Assembly (NCBI GenBank): GCA_964481135.1
Contig: CAYZSW010000001.1
Span: forward strand, 7,963 to 71,962
DNA length: 64,000 bases
From: an uncultured Candidatus Saccharibacteria bacterium
GTDB taxonomy: Bacteria; Patescibacteriota; UBA1384; JAMDBS01; DAOVQR01
Direction: 5' to 3'
The translations under genes were made by a program, and so were the position numbers. Below the pieces are notes generated by a model. That model did no database searches. It was not told the origin of the DNA and saw only the letters and a program-made list of their open reading frames with translations. This document shows positions 19,448-29,678 of this stretch, piece by piece (the first letter of the stretch is position 1; each line of letters begins with the position of its first letter).

Positions 19448-19487
19448 ATTTCCTATTTTAAAATAGGAAATCCCATAATTATGGGAT
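19448..19487. promoter_or_regulatory. Two overlapping perfect palindromes (24 bp and 18 bp) before the SD
   Basis: atttcctattttaaaataggaaat (19448-19471) and atcccataattatgggat (19470-19487). Confidence 0.45.
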
Positions 19488-19499
19488 ACGGAGGAAAAA

Positions 19500-19952
19500 A
19501 TGGATTACGATTACACGACTACCTATTCGGGCGATTTAAGTCCAGCAGCAGCATTAGGTATTTTCAGCGCAATTATGATTCCGCTTTTGATAGTTGGACT
19601 TGTGCTGTATATTTATTCTTCGTGGGCACTGATGACAATTGCTAAAAAAACTAATACTCCAAATGCATGGCTTGCATGGATTCCAATTGCAAATTTGTAT
19701 CTTATGACACAAATTGCCCAGGTTCCATGGTGGACATTTTTGTTAGTATTTTTAGCTTGGATTCCTGTCGTAGGTTCATTGGGAATACTTGCTCTAATGA
19801 TTTGGTGGTGGTGGAAAATCTGTGAGAGAAGAAACAGACCTGGTTGGTGGAGTTTATTAATCGGTTTAGTCCCGATTCTAAATTTAGTTATGATTGGATT
19901 ATTGGCATGGACCGAAGCTGAATCTTCTTCAAAACCAGCAAAACAAGCATAA
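19500..19952 (+). CDS. Membrane protein (DUF5684-like)
   Basis: IAKK..NAWLAWIPIANLY and WIPVV repeats; Trp-rich TM helices; GGAGG SD. Confidence 0.7.
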   Translation: MDYDYTTTYSGDLSPAAALGIFSAIMIPLLIVGLVLYIYSSWALMTIAKKTNTPNAWLAWIPIANLYLMTQIAQVPWWTFLLVFLAWIPVVGSLGILALMIWWWWKICERRNRPGWWSLLIGLVPILNLVMIGLLAWTEAESSSKPAKQA

Positions 19953-19968
19953 AAATATTATCAATTAT

Positions 19969-20006
19969 AAAAAACAATCCTTTGACTCAGGTCAGGATTG
20001 TTTTTT
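19969..20006. terminator. Bidirectional terminator
   Basis: aaaaacaatcct ... aggattgtttttt between convergent genes. Confidence 0.75.
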
Positions 20007-20049
20007 AATATCATTTTTATTTCCTATGTACAACCTAAAAATGAAAATT

Positions 20050-21819
20050 TTAATATTTCAATAACTTAATAAAAACATCGGAAGGAATATCTACTTTCCC
20101 GAGCTTTTTCATTTTCTGCTTACCTTTTGCCTGTTTTTCCCAAAGCTTTCTTTTACGAGTAATATCCCCACCATAAAGATGACCAGTAACATCTTTTTTC
20201 ATAGCAGAAATATCTTCTCTGGCTAAAATTTTTCCTCCAACTGCTGCTTGGACTGTTATCTGAAACATTTGTTTTGGAATTAAATCTTTTAATCTTTTAG
20301 TGATTTCATGTGCTTTTGAATTTAATTCTAATCTATGTACTATTTGAGAAAGAACATCGATTTTTTCACCAGCAATTAGAATATCCATTTTTACTAGGTC
20401 TTCGTAGCGATAGTCTATGAGCTCATAATTCATTGAGGCATATCCACTAGAAATACTTTTGAGTTTATCATAAAAATTAATAATTATTGATGCAAGCGGA
20501 GCCTCGTATTTCAAAATTACTCTATCTGAAATATATTCTGTAGAAATATATTTTGCACGCGATTTTTGGGCTAAATCCATTACAGACCCAATAAATTGCC
20601 CAGGACAAACTATTTCAAGCGCGACCCATGGTTCTTTATAACTCAATTTCCCATCTAAATTTTGAACTATATAATCAACTTGTGGGGTAGTCACAATTAA
20701 ATCTAAATCATATTCTCTTTCTAAACGCTCCTTCACTATCTCCATATGAAGTAAACCCAAAAAACCACATTTAAATCCAAAACCAAACGCTCTAGAGCTT
20801 TCTGGCTCAAAAGATAGGGAAGAATCATTTAATTTTAATTTATTTAATGCTTCGCGAAGCTTATTAATATTTCCTTCCTGAGAATAAAGACTCGCAAAAA
20901 TCATTGGTCTAATTTTTTTATAACCTGGCAGGGGAGAGAGTCCGATTTGATTTTTCAAATCGTTAATTTTCGAATTTCGAATTTCGAATTTCGAATTATC
21001 TACAGTAAGAGTATCTCCAACTTGACACAAAGAAATATTTTTTAATCCTGTCACAACATATCCAATATCCCCTACTTCTAGTTTTTCTTTTTTAGTATAA
21101 TTTGGAGAAAAAATACCAACGTCTAACGCATCGTCTTCGGCGCGGGTTTGCATGAGGCTAATCTTATCTCCAGAATAAATCTGACCATCAACAACTCGAA
21201 TATATGCTATTACCCCCCTATATGAATCATAAACTGAATCAAAAATTAAAGCTCTTGTTGGACTTAAATCTCCTTTTGGAGGCTTAACTCTTTTAATTAC
21301 CGCTTCCAAAATTTGCTCTACACCTTCTCCTGTCTTTGCTGATGTATATAAAATTTGAGATCTGTCAATTTTTAGTAATTCGACAATTTCACTGACAACT
21401 TTTTCTTTGTCTGCCGCCGGAAGATCAATTTTATTTATTACTGGAATAATATCTAAATTTTGTTTTTGAGCATAATAAAGATTTGCAAGAGTTTGTGCTT
21501 GAATTCCTTGGGTTGCATCAATTAACAATATTGCGCCTTCTACAGCAGCAAGAGATCGAGAAACTTCATACGAAAAATCTACATGGCCGGGAGTATCAAT
21601 TAAATTTAACTGGTAGTTATTAAAATTAATTGTAACAGGTTGTAATTTGATTGTTATCCCTCGCTCTCTCTCAAGATCCATTTTATCTAAATACTGTTCT
21701 CGCATATTTCTATCTTCTACTGTTTTTGTAATTTCTAAAAAACGATCAGCGAGCGTTGATTTGCCGTGATCTACATGAGCAATAATGCAAAAATTGCGAA
21801 TATTTTCTTTTGTTACCAT
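20050..21819 (-). CDS. lepA: Elongation factor 4 (LepA)
   Basis: IRNFCIIAHVDHGKSTLADR, ERERGITIK, DTPGHVDF, GFLGLLHMEI, YGGDITRKRKL. ATG at 21819 preferred over 21849. Confidence 0.97.
   Translation of the reverse strand: MVTKENIRNFCIIAHVDHGKSTLADRFLEITKTVEDRNMREQYLDKMDLERERGITIKLQPVTINFNNYQLNLIDTPGHVDFSYEVSRSLAAVEGAILLIDATQGIQAQTLANLYYAQKQNLDIIPVINKIDLPAADKEKVVSEIVELLKIDRSQILYTSAKTGEGVEQILEAVIKRVKPPKGDLSPTRALIFDSVYDSYRGVIAYIRVVDGQIYSGDKISLMQTRAEDDALDVGIFSPNYTKKEKLEVGDIGYVVTGLKNISLCQVGDTLTVDNSKFEIRNSKINDLKNQIGLSPLPGYKKIRPMIFASLYSQEGNINKLREALNKLKLNDSSLSFEPESSRAFGFGFKCGFLGLLHMEIVKERLEREYDLDLIVTTPQVDYIVQNLDGKLSYKEPWVALEIVCPGQFIGSVMDLAQKSRAKYISTEYISDRVILKYEAPLASIIINFYDKLKSISSGYASMNYELIDYRYEDLVKMDILIAGEKIDVLSQIVHRLELNSKAHEITKRLKDLIPKQMFQITVQAAVGGKILAREDISAMKKDVTGHLYGGDITRKRKLWEKQAKGKQKMKKLGKVDIPSDVFIKLLKY
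20968..20995. repeat. Perfect (TTTCGAA)x4 array inside lepA
   Basis: Encodes NSKFEIRNSK within the linker between GDTLT and PLPGY. Confidence 0.9.
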
Positions 21820-21914
21820 ATTTGTTCCTATTTTATGTGATTTTAACACAAATAATAAATCATTTCCAGGTTGAAAGCTTAAAAAGATAATCGATTTAAG
21901 CTATAATATAATAA

Positions 21915-22982
21915 ATGAATAAACAAGAACAACAAAAACCAATAGACCAAACTTGGGGTGATGATAGTTTTGATCAAAATAAAACTATAGACACCCAGAC
22001 ACAAATTCCCATATCAACAAAACCGCAAAAAAAACAAAAAAGCGAACAAATTGTCGATATGTATAAAAATGACAAACCAGAAAATGAAAACAAAACAACT
22101 CTACCTCCAGAAGATCAACTAGATAAGCCCAAGAAAAAATCGATTTTTTTTCAGATACTAAAAGCAATTGGTATCTTTGTCGGGGTGTTTATTTTTGTAT
22201 ATCTGTTTTTAACCTTTCCTGCTCAATATGCAAAAATTAAATACTGGGTAGATAATTTAGGAAAAAAAGAAGAAGTTACAACAATTGAAGTCCCTCAGGT
22301 AATAGACGATTCTTCAGATTTATTTTTATCTACAATAAAAACTGCGTTAGAAAGTGAAAAACCAGACATACCACAAACACAAAGCTCTGTATCTCAAAGA
22401 CATTCCCTTGATTTATCAGATCTAAAAAATAATCATTTACTTATTCCAAAACTAAATATAAATGTTCCGATAATTTGGAATTCGCCACCAGATGAAGACA
22501 TTATGATGAAAAATTTGCAGAATGGTGTAGTACATTACAATGGAACAGGACTCCCAAACGAAACAACTGGAAATGTTTTTATATCTGGACACAGTTCTTA
22601 CTGGTGGTGGGACAAAGGAAAATATAAAACTGTATTTGCAAATTTAAATAAACTTGAAAATGATGATGAGTTTGCTATTGCTTATGAAGAAAAGGTATAT
22701 ATTTATAAAGTTTATGAAAAATTTGAAGTTAAACCTGAAGAAGTTGGAGTTTTGGATTCAGTGGGAAAACCAATAGTGAGCTTAATGACATGTGTACCAG
22801 TTGGTACTAATCTAAGGAGATTAATAGTTCGAGCCGAAAGAATAGTCAGTGGTGCAAACCAAGACCAAACCAAGCAACAAGAACCAGAAATCAAAGACGA
22901 CACTGAGCCATCGCCACTACCCACAAAATTACCCGAGTTAAATCCAATAAATATAATTAATTTACTACCCTGGAGAAGATAA
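21915..22982 (+). CDS. Sortase
   Basis: N-terminal TM; LLIPKLNINVPI, GVVHY.GT.LP, GNVFISGHSS, F.NL.KL, SLMTCVP.GT..RR (His/Cys/Arg triad). Confidence 0.92.
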   Translation: MNKQEQQKPIDQTWGDDSFDQNKTIDTQTQIPISTKPQKKQKSEQIVDMYKNDKPENENKTTLPPEDQLDKPKKKSIFFQILKAIGIFVGVFIFVYLFLTFPAQYAKIKYWVDNLGKKEEVTTIEVPQVIDDSSDLFLSTIKTALESEKPDIPQTQSSVSQRHSLDLSDLKNNHLLIPKLNINVPIIWNSPPDEDIMMKNLQNGVVHYNGTGLPNETTGNVFISGHSSYWWWDKGKYKTVFANLNKLENDDEFAIAYEEKVYIYKVYEKFEVKPEEVGVLDSVGKPIVSLMTCVPVGTNLRRLIVRAERIVSGANQDQTKQQEPEIKDDTEPSPLPTKLPELNPINIINLLPWRR

Positions 22983-23084
22983 TCAACTTCTTGAAAAATA
23001 AAATTTATTCGATAATTTTTCTTTGGCTAAATTTATTTTTACAATATTTCAGAATCTAAAAACAATATAAATAAGGATAAAACC

Positions 23085-23903
23085 GTGAATCAATTACTAA
23101 ACAATCAAAAAGAAAAATATCCACAAGATTCTAAGTATCAAAATGAATCTCAAAATAATTTTATTTTACAAATTGAAAAAAATATTGAAGATGGAAATTT
23201 GAATGAAATAAAAAAAATTATTGATGATTTTAAAAAAGAGAAAAAAAATTTAGATTTTAAAAAAATATTTTTGGATTTTTTTGTAAAACATATAAAACAA
23301 CAATCCCATCAAACAATTGACCAATTAAAAAATATTTCTAATATTGTTAATGAAATAAAAATTGATGTTGATTTAAAACCTTTTTATATAAGTGCTTTGT
23401 TAGTAAATATTGGTTCAGCTTCTACGGGGACAATCATTAGTATTATCGCACTTGCCAAAGAAAATAATCTAGACGATATTTTAAATTCAGATATTATCAA
23501 AAAAGCTTTTATGGAAAAAATATCTTGGATGCTAAAGGACAATCAAACCAATAAAGCCGAAGAATTAATAGACATTATTATAAAATATAACATTTTAAAT
23601 AAAAAAGAGATCCAAACATCATTTTACACGGGAATATCTAAAGCGCTCGCAAATAATAATTTAAAAAAGATTGCAGATGTATTAAACTTAACAAAATTAA
23701 ACGATTTAGAACTATATGATTTTTTTACAAGTCAAGAATTTAAAAACGAAATGCAAAATAATAGTTTTTTAAATAATTTTTTAATAATTAATGAAAAAAA
23801 TGATATTCGTACACTTCAGGGTTTAATTAATTTTATTAATAAAGCAGAAATTAAAAATGAACTAGGAAAATGCTTTAACGAAAAAAGGCAAATAAATTTT
23901 TAG
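23085..23903 (+). CDS. Hypothetical helical protein
   Basis: 272 aa ORF with GTG start and AAGGA SD; very AT-rich; no recognised motif. Confidence 0.55.
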   Translation: MNQLLNNQKEKYPQDSKYQNESQNNFILQIEKNIEDGNLNEIKKIIDDFKKEKKNLDFKKIFLDFFVKHIKQQSHQTIDQLKNISNIVNEIKIDVDLKPFYISALLVNIGSASTGTIISIIALAKENNLDDILNSDIIKKAFMEKISWMLKDNQTNKAEELIDIIIKYNILNKKEIQTSFYTGISKALANNNLKKIADVLNLTKLNDLELYDFFTSQEFKNEMQNNSFLNNFLIINEKNDIRTLQGLINFINKAEIKNELGKCFNEKRQINF

Positions 23904-25531
23904 TGCTCATTGAAACCAGAAATATTATCATCTGGTTTATTTTTTGATGAAGATAATTTAAAACGAGTTAAAATAATTTTTTTAATTTCACTAAATTCCT
24001 CACATCTTAACAGCCAAGTCAATACAAAATAAACCAATGAACCCAAAAGCGAACTTATTAAAAGTTGCGAAAAAACTCCCCACCCGCGAGTCATATCAAT
24101 ATATGGTTCAATGTTTATTTTAGTAATTTGAATAACAAACGCCATAATTAAACTAGATAATAATACTTTTAAAAAAAATATTGTTCCTGAGTATTCAAAA
24201 CTTGTTAATATTTTTACTTGCTTTCTTAAAAATAAATACAAAAGTATTGCATTAACAAAGCTTCCTACAGAAAAAGAAATTGCAAGACCCAAAACTCCCC
24301 ATTTAGCAATCAAAAAATAGGCAGTTAAAATACTTATAATAATTGAAACAATACTAATTATTGTAGGTGTCTTAGTGTTATGTAGCGCGTAAAAAGATCT
24401 GGCAAAGAGTGGGATCATGCCTTGCACCACAAGAGAAATTGCAAAAAAACCAAGTGTGTTAGCAGTAGTTATGGTTTGCTCCCATCCAAAATAACCTGAT
24501 CCTAAAATTACTCTTACTATTTGGGCTCTTAATAAAATAATTAATACTGAAATTGGTATTAAAATATAAATTATAGTTCTAATACCTCGCCAGACATAAC
24601 TAGAAAAATCTGAAAACTTTTTAAGAGAAATTTGTTCTGATAAAGTTGGAAAAATTGCCGTAGCTATTGAAGTTGCAAAAACAACAGTTGGCATTGTCTG
24701 AATATTATCTGCTAAATTAAAAACTGCAACTGCGCCAGAGGAAACAGTTGAAGCTAGTGCAGTATAAATCATAAGCATTATTTGCATTGATCCTAGCCCA
24801 ACAGCTCTTGGCAACATCAGTAGACCAATTTTTCTTACAGCTTTATTATGCCAATCAAACAAAAAACAATATCTGTAACCTAATTTTAAAACAACTGGGA
24901 GTTGGATTATCATATGAAAAAATGCTCCGCAAATCACACCAATAGCAACACCATAAACACTAAAACGAGAGGTTAGAAATAAGGTAGCAAGAATAATTGA
25001 AAGGTTATAAATTAATGGCGCTAAAGAATAAACAAGAAATCTTTTAAATGAATTTAATATTCCGCCGAAAATATAAGAGATACTAAAAAAAATTGGTGAA
25101 ATTAAAAACATCCTTGCTAAATTAACAGTCATTTGCTGTTTTTCTAAATTAAAGTCAGGAACTAATTTCGAAATAGCCCAAGGCATAATAAAAAACAAGA
25201 TTATTAAAAAAACAATTAATAGTGTTAAGATTATATTTAAAAATGAATTAGTAACCTTCCAGGCCTCTTGAAGTTTATTTTTACTTATAAAGCCAGTAAA
25301 TACTGGAATAAAAGCAGCAGAAATTGCACCTAATACTAAAATATTAAAAACTAAATCAGGAATTCTAAAGGCCGCATAATAAGTATCTAATAAATCAGTT
25401 GGTATTCTTTGAGCTAAAAAACGATCTCTTAATAGACCTAAAAAATTTGAAGCAATTAGTGTTATTACCAAAATAAAAGTTGCAGACTTAACAGTATTTT
25501 GAGAATTAATGATTTTCTTTATTTTTTCCAT
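23900..25531 (-). CDS. murJ: Lipid II flippase MurJ (MviN)
   Basis: LGLLRDR, YYAAFRIPD, GAISAAFIPVF, APLIYN, AIFPTLS, RSFYALHNTKTP. Confidence 0.95.
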   Translation of the reverse strand: MEKIKKIINSQNTVKSATFILVITLIASNFLGLLRDRFLAQRIPTDLLDTYYAAFRIPDLVFNILVLGAISAAFIPVFTGFISKNKLQEAWKVTNSFLNIILTLLIVFLIILFFIMPWAISKLVPDFNLEKQQMTVNLARMFLISPIFFSISYIFGGILNSFKRFLVYSLAPLIYNLSIILATLFLTSRFSVYGVAIGVICGAFFHMIIQLPVVLKLGYRYCFLFDWHNKAVRKIGLLMLPRAVGLGSMQIMLMIYTALASTVSSGAVAVFNLADNIQTMPTVVFATSIATAIFPTLSEQISLKKFSDFSSYVWRGIRTIIYILIPISVLIILLRAQIVRVILGSGYFGWEQTITTANTLGFFAISLVVQGMIPLFARSFYALHNTKTPTIISIVSIIISILTAYFLIAKWGVLGLAISFSVGSFVNAILLYLFLRKQVKILTSFEYSGTIFFLKVLLSSLIMAFVIQITKINIEPYIDMTRGWGVFSQLLISSLLGSLVYFVLTWLLRCEEFSEIKKIILTRFKLSSSKNKPDDNISGFNEH

Positions 25532-25579
25532 AAAAAACTTTAGTTTTTGTTTTTAGAATGTTATTTGAAAATATAGTTT

Positions 25580-26311
25580 TTATTTTTTATTAAAAGAATT
25601 AACAGTTTTTTCCACTAAAGGTGAAAAATTATTTACAAATTTGTTAGGAATACGAGTTACAAATTGATAAAACTCATTTCCAGCATAAATATAATAATCT
25701 TTGCCCGAAATTAAGTCATATTCATCATAATCTTCTACAACAGTCCACTTGCCGTCGATTGCAGAACTCTTAGTGACATTTTTTAATTTATAATTTTTCG
25801 AAAGTTGTTCATGACTTACAAAATCATTGACTTTAGATTTAATGTAATCTAACCAATCATCTAAAGATTTAATTACAGAACTATCTTCTAAAACAAATCT
25901 AAGCAGTTTAATACTTGTAGTTGCTGTATTAGGATCGTCTTTGTTGATTTCAGAATTATTGATATAAAAAAATCCAATATTTTCACGCATGAGCGGTTCT
26001 GTAACTTTTTTTTCTCCTCCAAGATCTACTTGCTGCCAACTTGCGGGATATTGCATGCTGATATTATGATCTTTGTTGTAAAAATCTTTCATATCTGACA
26101 AATCATCGCTACTAGCAATTTCAGCAGGATCAATATTATCAATAGTTGCCTCAATAATATCTTTTTGCTCTTGTGAGCTAATTTCTGAAAATTTGTCAAT
26201 ATTATTTACGCTTTTGTTTTTATTTTGGTTAAAATAATAAAAACCTAGACCAGCCAAAACAATTACTAATACAACAATTAAAATATAAATTTGTTTTTTT
26301 TCGTTCGACAT
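25580..26311 (-). CDS. Membrane-anchored protein (PsbP-like C-terminal domain)
   Basis: N-terminal TM; FYN...ISMQYPASW and terminal ...VNSF pattern. Confidence 0.55.
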   Translation of the reverse strand: MSNEKKQIYILIVVLVIVLAGLGFYYFNQNKNKSVNNIDKFSEISSQEQKDIIEATIDNIDPAEIASSDDLSDMKDFYNKDHNISMQYPASWQQVDLGGEKKVTEPLMRENIGFFYINNSEINKDDPNTATTSIKLLRFVLEDSSVIKSLDDWLDYIKSKVNDFVSHEQLSKNYKLKNVTKSSAIDGKWTVVEDYDEYDLISGKDYYIYAGNEFYQFVTRIPNKFVNNFSPLVEKTVNSFNKK

Positions 26312-26322
26312 TATTCCTCCGC

Positions 26323-27663
26323 TTAAAAATTACTTAATTTTTTTATTGCTAAATTAATTCGTTTAATTGATTCTTCTTTTCCTAAAACCCAAAGTAATTC
26401 TTTGGGTGAAGGACTTTTTTCTAAACCAGAAAGTGCTACCCTTACCGGCCAAAAGACATCTCCATTGGATAGTTTTTCATGATTTACAACATCTATCAAA
26501 TTTTTATTAATACTTTCAATTTTTTTCCATTTTGAATTATCAATTTTATCTAAAGTTTCAAGTGTTGATTTTAGACCACGCAATGTAAGATTTCTATTTG
26601 ATTTTTTAAATATTAGCATGTTTGTTTTATATTTATCAAGACAATAAAAATAGCTAGTTGTAGCAAAAAAATCCTGCAAATTATTAGCACGACTTTTCGT
26701 AACTGAAATAATTTTTAATGTAAAAGATTTATTTTTTTTAATTTTTAAAAATGCATTTTTATCTTTATAATCAATTTTTTCATTTATTAACAAATCGTAA
26801 ATTTTTTTGTCTTGAAGTTGACGCAAATAATAATTATTGAACCAATTCAATTTTTCTACATCAAATATTGCTCCTGATCTATTTATTTTTGTCAAACTAA
26901 ATTCTTTTATTAACTCCTGGAGTGAAAAAATTTCTTTTTCAGTTTTTGAATTCCAACCTAAAAAAGCCATATAATTTAACATTGCTTCTGGTAGATAACC
27001 TTTTGAACGAAAATCATTACTAATAGAAACTGGGTTTTTGCGCTTACTCATTTTTGTTTTATCTTGATTCAAAATTAAGGGTATATGAGCGAATTTTGGC
27101 ATTCTAAACCCCAATAGTTTATACAACATAATTTGCTGAGGAGTACTATTTATATGGTCATCTCCTCTAATTATATGAGTTAGACCCATTTCATAATCAT
27201 CTACCACGGCAGCAAACATATAAAGAGGTACCCCATCAGATTTAATAATTACAAAATCATTAAAATTATCTCTCTTAAATGTTAGTTCGCCCATTATTAA
27301 ATCATTATATTTAATAATTGTTTGTGGATAGGAATTGATTTTAAACCATACAGCACCATCTTTTATGTAAGCATTTTTGTTTTGTATAAGTTTTTTGGCA
27401 TAGTTTGAATATATATTTTTTCTTTGACTTTGATAAAAAATTTTCCCGTCGTGTTTGATGCCAAGCCATTTCATTCCTTCAATGATATCTATCTCGTATT
27501 CCTTTTTAGATCTTTTTAAATCAGTATCTTCTATTCTTAGAATAAATTTACCTTGGTTTTTCTTTGCAAATAAATAATTAAAAAGAGCGGTACGCGCTGT
27601 ACCAATATGTAAAAAACCTGTCGGAGAAGGTGCTACCCGAGTTACAATTGTGTTTTTTTTCAT
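26323..27663 (-). CDS. gltX: Glutamate--tRNA ligase
   Basis: RVAPSPTGFLHIG, LRIEDTD, HIIRGDDH, KMSKR. Confidence 0.97.
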   Translation of the reverse strand: MKKNTIVTRVAPSPTGFLHIGTARTALFNYLFAKKNQGKFILRIEDTDLKRSKKEYEIDIIEGMKWLGIKHDGKIFYQSQRKNIYSNYAKKLIQNKNAYIKDGAVWFKINSYPQTIIKYNDLIMGELTFKRDNFNDFVIIKSDGVPLYMFAAVVDDYEMGLTHIIRGDDHINSTPQQIMLYKLLGFRMPKFAHIPLILNQDKTKMSKRKNPVSISNDFRSKGYLPEAMLNYMAFLGWNSKTEKEIFSLQELIKEFSLTKINRSGAIFDVEKLNWFNNYYLRQLQDKKIYDLLINEKIDYKDKNAFLKIKKNKSFTLKIISVTKSRANNLQDFFATTSYFYCLDKYKTNMLIFKKSNRNLTLRGLKSTLETLDKIDNSKWKKIESINKNLIDVVNHEKLSNGDVFWPVRVALSGLEKSPSPKELLWVLGKEESIKRINLAIKKLSNF

Positions 27664-27774
27664 ATGCTTATTGTAGCTTAATAAAACATGTTTGACAAAT
27701 CCTTTGCTCTAAAAAAAAGAGAAATTACACAACAACACATTCGTTAAATATAAATGGGTTATTTTGTAAGCTAT

Positions 27775-28137
27775 TTATGGATTTGGCAAATTGTCACTAC
27801 CGGTTGGGGTTACTGCAGGGCTTGCTACTGGACTAGTTGTTGTCTGTGCAGGAGTAGTTGGGGTTGCAACTGCTGTTGGAGAAGTAGTTGCCCTCTGAGT
27901 TGCGGTTGGAGTAACTTGGATATTAATTTCTTCTTGGACAAAAACAAAAGAAGAAGCGTAAAAATAACCACCAAAAGCGCCAAGTGCCAAACATACTACG
28001 GCGATTACTACAACCCAAACTGCCGGTAGACCAGCTTTTGTCTCTTGAGGTGCTTGTGAGGGTTGAGGCATTTGATTATTTGACATTTGTTGATTTTGCA
28101 TACCCTGACCCTGATCGGGCATCATTTGATCTTGCAT
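27775..28137 (-). CDS. Single-pass membrane protein with Q/M-rich N-terminus and P/T-rich tail
   Basis: GGAGG SD; one TM segment; TPT/TSP repeats. Confidence 0.75.
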   Translation of the reverse strand: MQDQMMPDQGQGMQNQQMSNNQMPQPSQAPQETKAGLPAVWVVVIAVVCLALGAFGGYFYASSFVFVQEEINIQVTPTATQRATTSPTAVATPTTPAQTTTSPVASPAVTPTGSDNLPNP

Positions 28138-28317
28138 TTTCCTCCTAATTTTTCTGTGGTTATTTGTATAACAAAAATTTTTGTTATTAAAAAAACCACA
28201 GGGTTTATAAAATATTTTTATATCTTGTTATAGTTGATATTAATTAAAATAATCAATATTTTTTTTATTATATCACAATAATAAACAAAAATGTATTTAA
28301 AAAAATAATAAAACCAA

Positions 28318-28677
28318 TTATTTACCCTCAACTGCATTAACTAAATGATTAATTTTGAAATTATTATCAACAATATTAATTGCAATTACATCTATTCTAA
28401 TTGATTTATTTGGGTATTTTTGTTGTATAATTTGAGACAATAATCGAAGTTTTTTTTGTTTAAAAAAATCTACCATTTCTTCTGCACTACCTTGCGTAAA
28501 CTGTTTTTTTGTTTTAACCTCTATTAAAACAATATAATCGCCATCACTAGCGATTATATCAATTTCTCCAAATTTTAACTCGACATTTCTATCTAAAATT
28601 TTATAATTTTTTTTAATAAGATAACTAACCGCGATATCCTCCCCACTACTCCCCAGTTTTTTTCTCTGATGAATCAT
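28318..28677 (-). CDS. yraN: YraN (UPF0102) family endonuclease
   Basis: G..GEDIAVSYL, GEIDIIA, IEVKT, RIDVIAI. Confidence 0.92.
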   Translation of the reverse strand: MIHQRKKLGSSGEDIAVSYLIKKNYKILDRNVELKFGEIDIIASDGDYIVLIEVKTKKQFTQGSAEEMVDFFKQKKLRLLSQIIQQKYPNKSIRIDVIAINIVDNNFKINHLVNAVEGK

Positions 28678-29209
28678 TTTCCTTCTTATTAAGATTAGTA
28701 TCTTTTTTTGATTCCTCTTTCCCTCTTACAGATTCGAATTTTTTCTCTAGTTCTTCCTGTTTCTTTATTTTTTCCTCTTCTTTAGCTTTTGCTTCTGCTT
28801 CTTTTCGTGCTTTTTCTTTTTCCTCTTCTTCTTTGCCTTTTGCCTCTTCCCAAACAATAAATTCTTTAAACTCACCTTTTCTTTTAATCTGTTTATCTGT
28901 CAATTCTCTTAAATAATATAATTTTGATTTTTGAACATTTATTCTTTTTGTTTTTTCAATTTTTACAATCAATGGAGAGTGTAAAGCAAAAGTAATTTCA
29001 ACTCCTACTCCGAAAGATTTTCTTCTAACTGTAAATGTAGCATCTAACGATTTGCCGCCCGATTTTTTAATAACTATTCCATCAAAAATTTGAATTCTGG
29101 ATTTATTACCTTCTTTAATTTTTTGATGAACTCTAATAACATCTCCTGTCATAAGGTCAGGAATATTTTTCTTAAGATATTTTTTTTGTGTTTGCTTAAT
29201 TAATTGCAT
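28646..29209 (-). CDS. rplS: 50S ribosomal protein L19 with charged C-terminal extension
   Basis: GDVIRVHQKIKEGNKSRIQIFDG, TFTVRR...GVGVE, KLYYLR. Confidence 0.96.
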   Translation of the reverse strand: MQLIKQTQKKYLKKNIPDLMTGDVIRVHQKIKEGNKSRIQIFDGIVIKKSGGKSLDATFTVRRKSFGVGVEITFALHSPLIVKIEKTKRINVQKSKLYYLRELTDKQIKRKGEFKEFIVWEEAKGKEEEEKEKARKEAEAKAKEEEKIKKQEELEKKFESVRGKEESKKDTNLNKKENDSSEKKTGE

Positions 29210-29212
29210 AGT

Positions 29213-29503
29213 TTATTTCACACTCCCAGAAGATTCAACTTCAACAAAAGTTGTGTTTACTAATTTACCATCATATTTTTTAATTTTTTTCTTATAAAAC
29301 CTAACTTTCCCATCGCAAGTAGCAAAAATCGTATAATCTTTGCCATATCTAACATTTTCACCAGCCCTAAACTTGCTACCTCTTTGCCGAATAATTATAT
29401 TACCCGACTTAACAATTTGACTTCCAAATTTTTTTACACCTAATCTTTTTGATTGCGATTCACGACCAAGCTTAGATGTTCCTTTCGCCTTTGTATGGGC
29501 CAT
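29213..29503 (-). CDS. rpmA: 50S ribosomal protein L27
   Basis: [37 protein letters not shown]. Confidence 0.97.
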   Translation of the reverse strand: MAHTKAKGTSKLGRESQSKRLGVKKFGSQIVKSGNIIIRQRGSKFRAGENVRYGKDYTIFATCDGKVRFYKKKIKKYDGKLVNTTFVEVESSGSVK

Positions 29504-29678
29504 ATTTTACTCCACGATATAAATTATAAATAAACATAAAAACAGAAAAACTAATGAGTTTATTGTTTTTACATATATTATTTCTTATGCTCTTAAGCAA
29601 ATATACCTAAAATTTTTCTTTTTGTCAATTCTTAGTTTATAATAGGTTTAGAAATTAGTAATTAGGAATTAGTATTTT

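Noticed and set aside
29650-29677. AATTAG 7-mer run before dnaE as a full cassette
   Set aside because: Only one arm is visible; at most a remnant.
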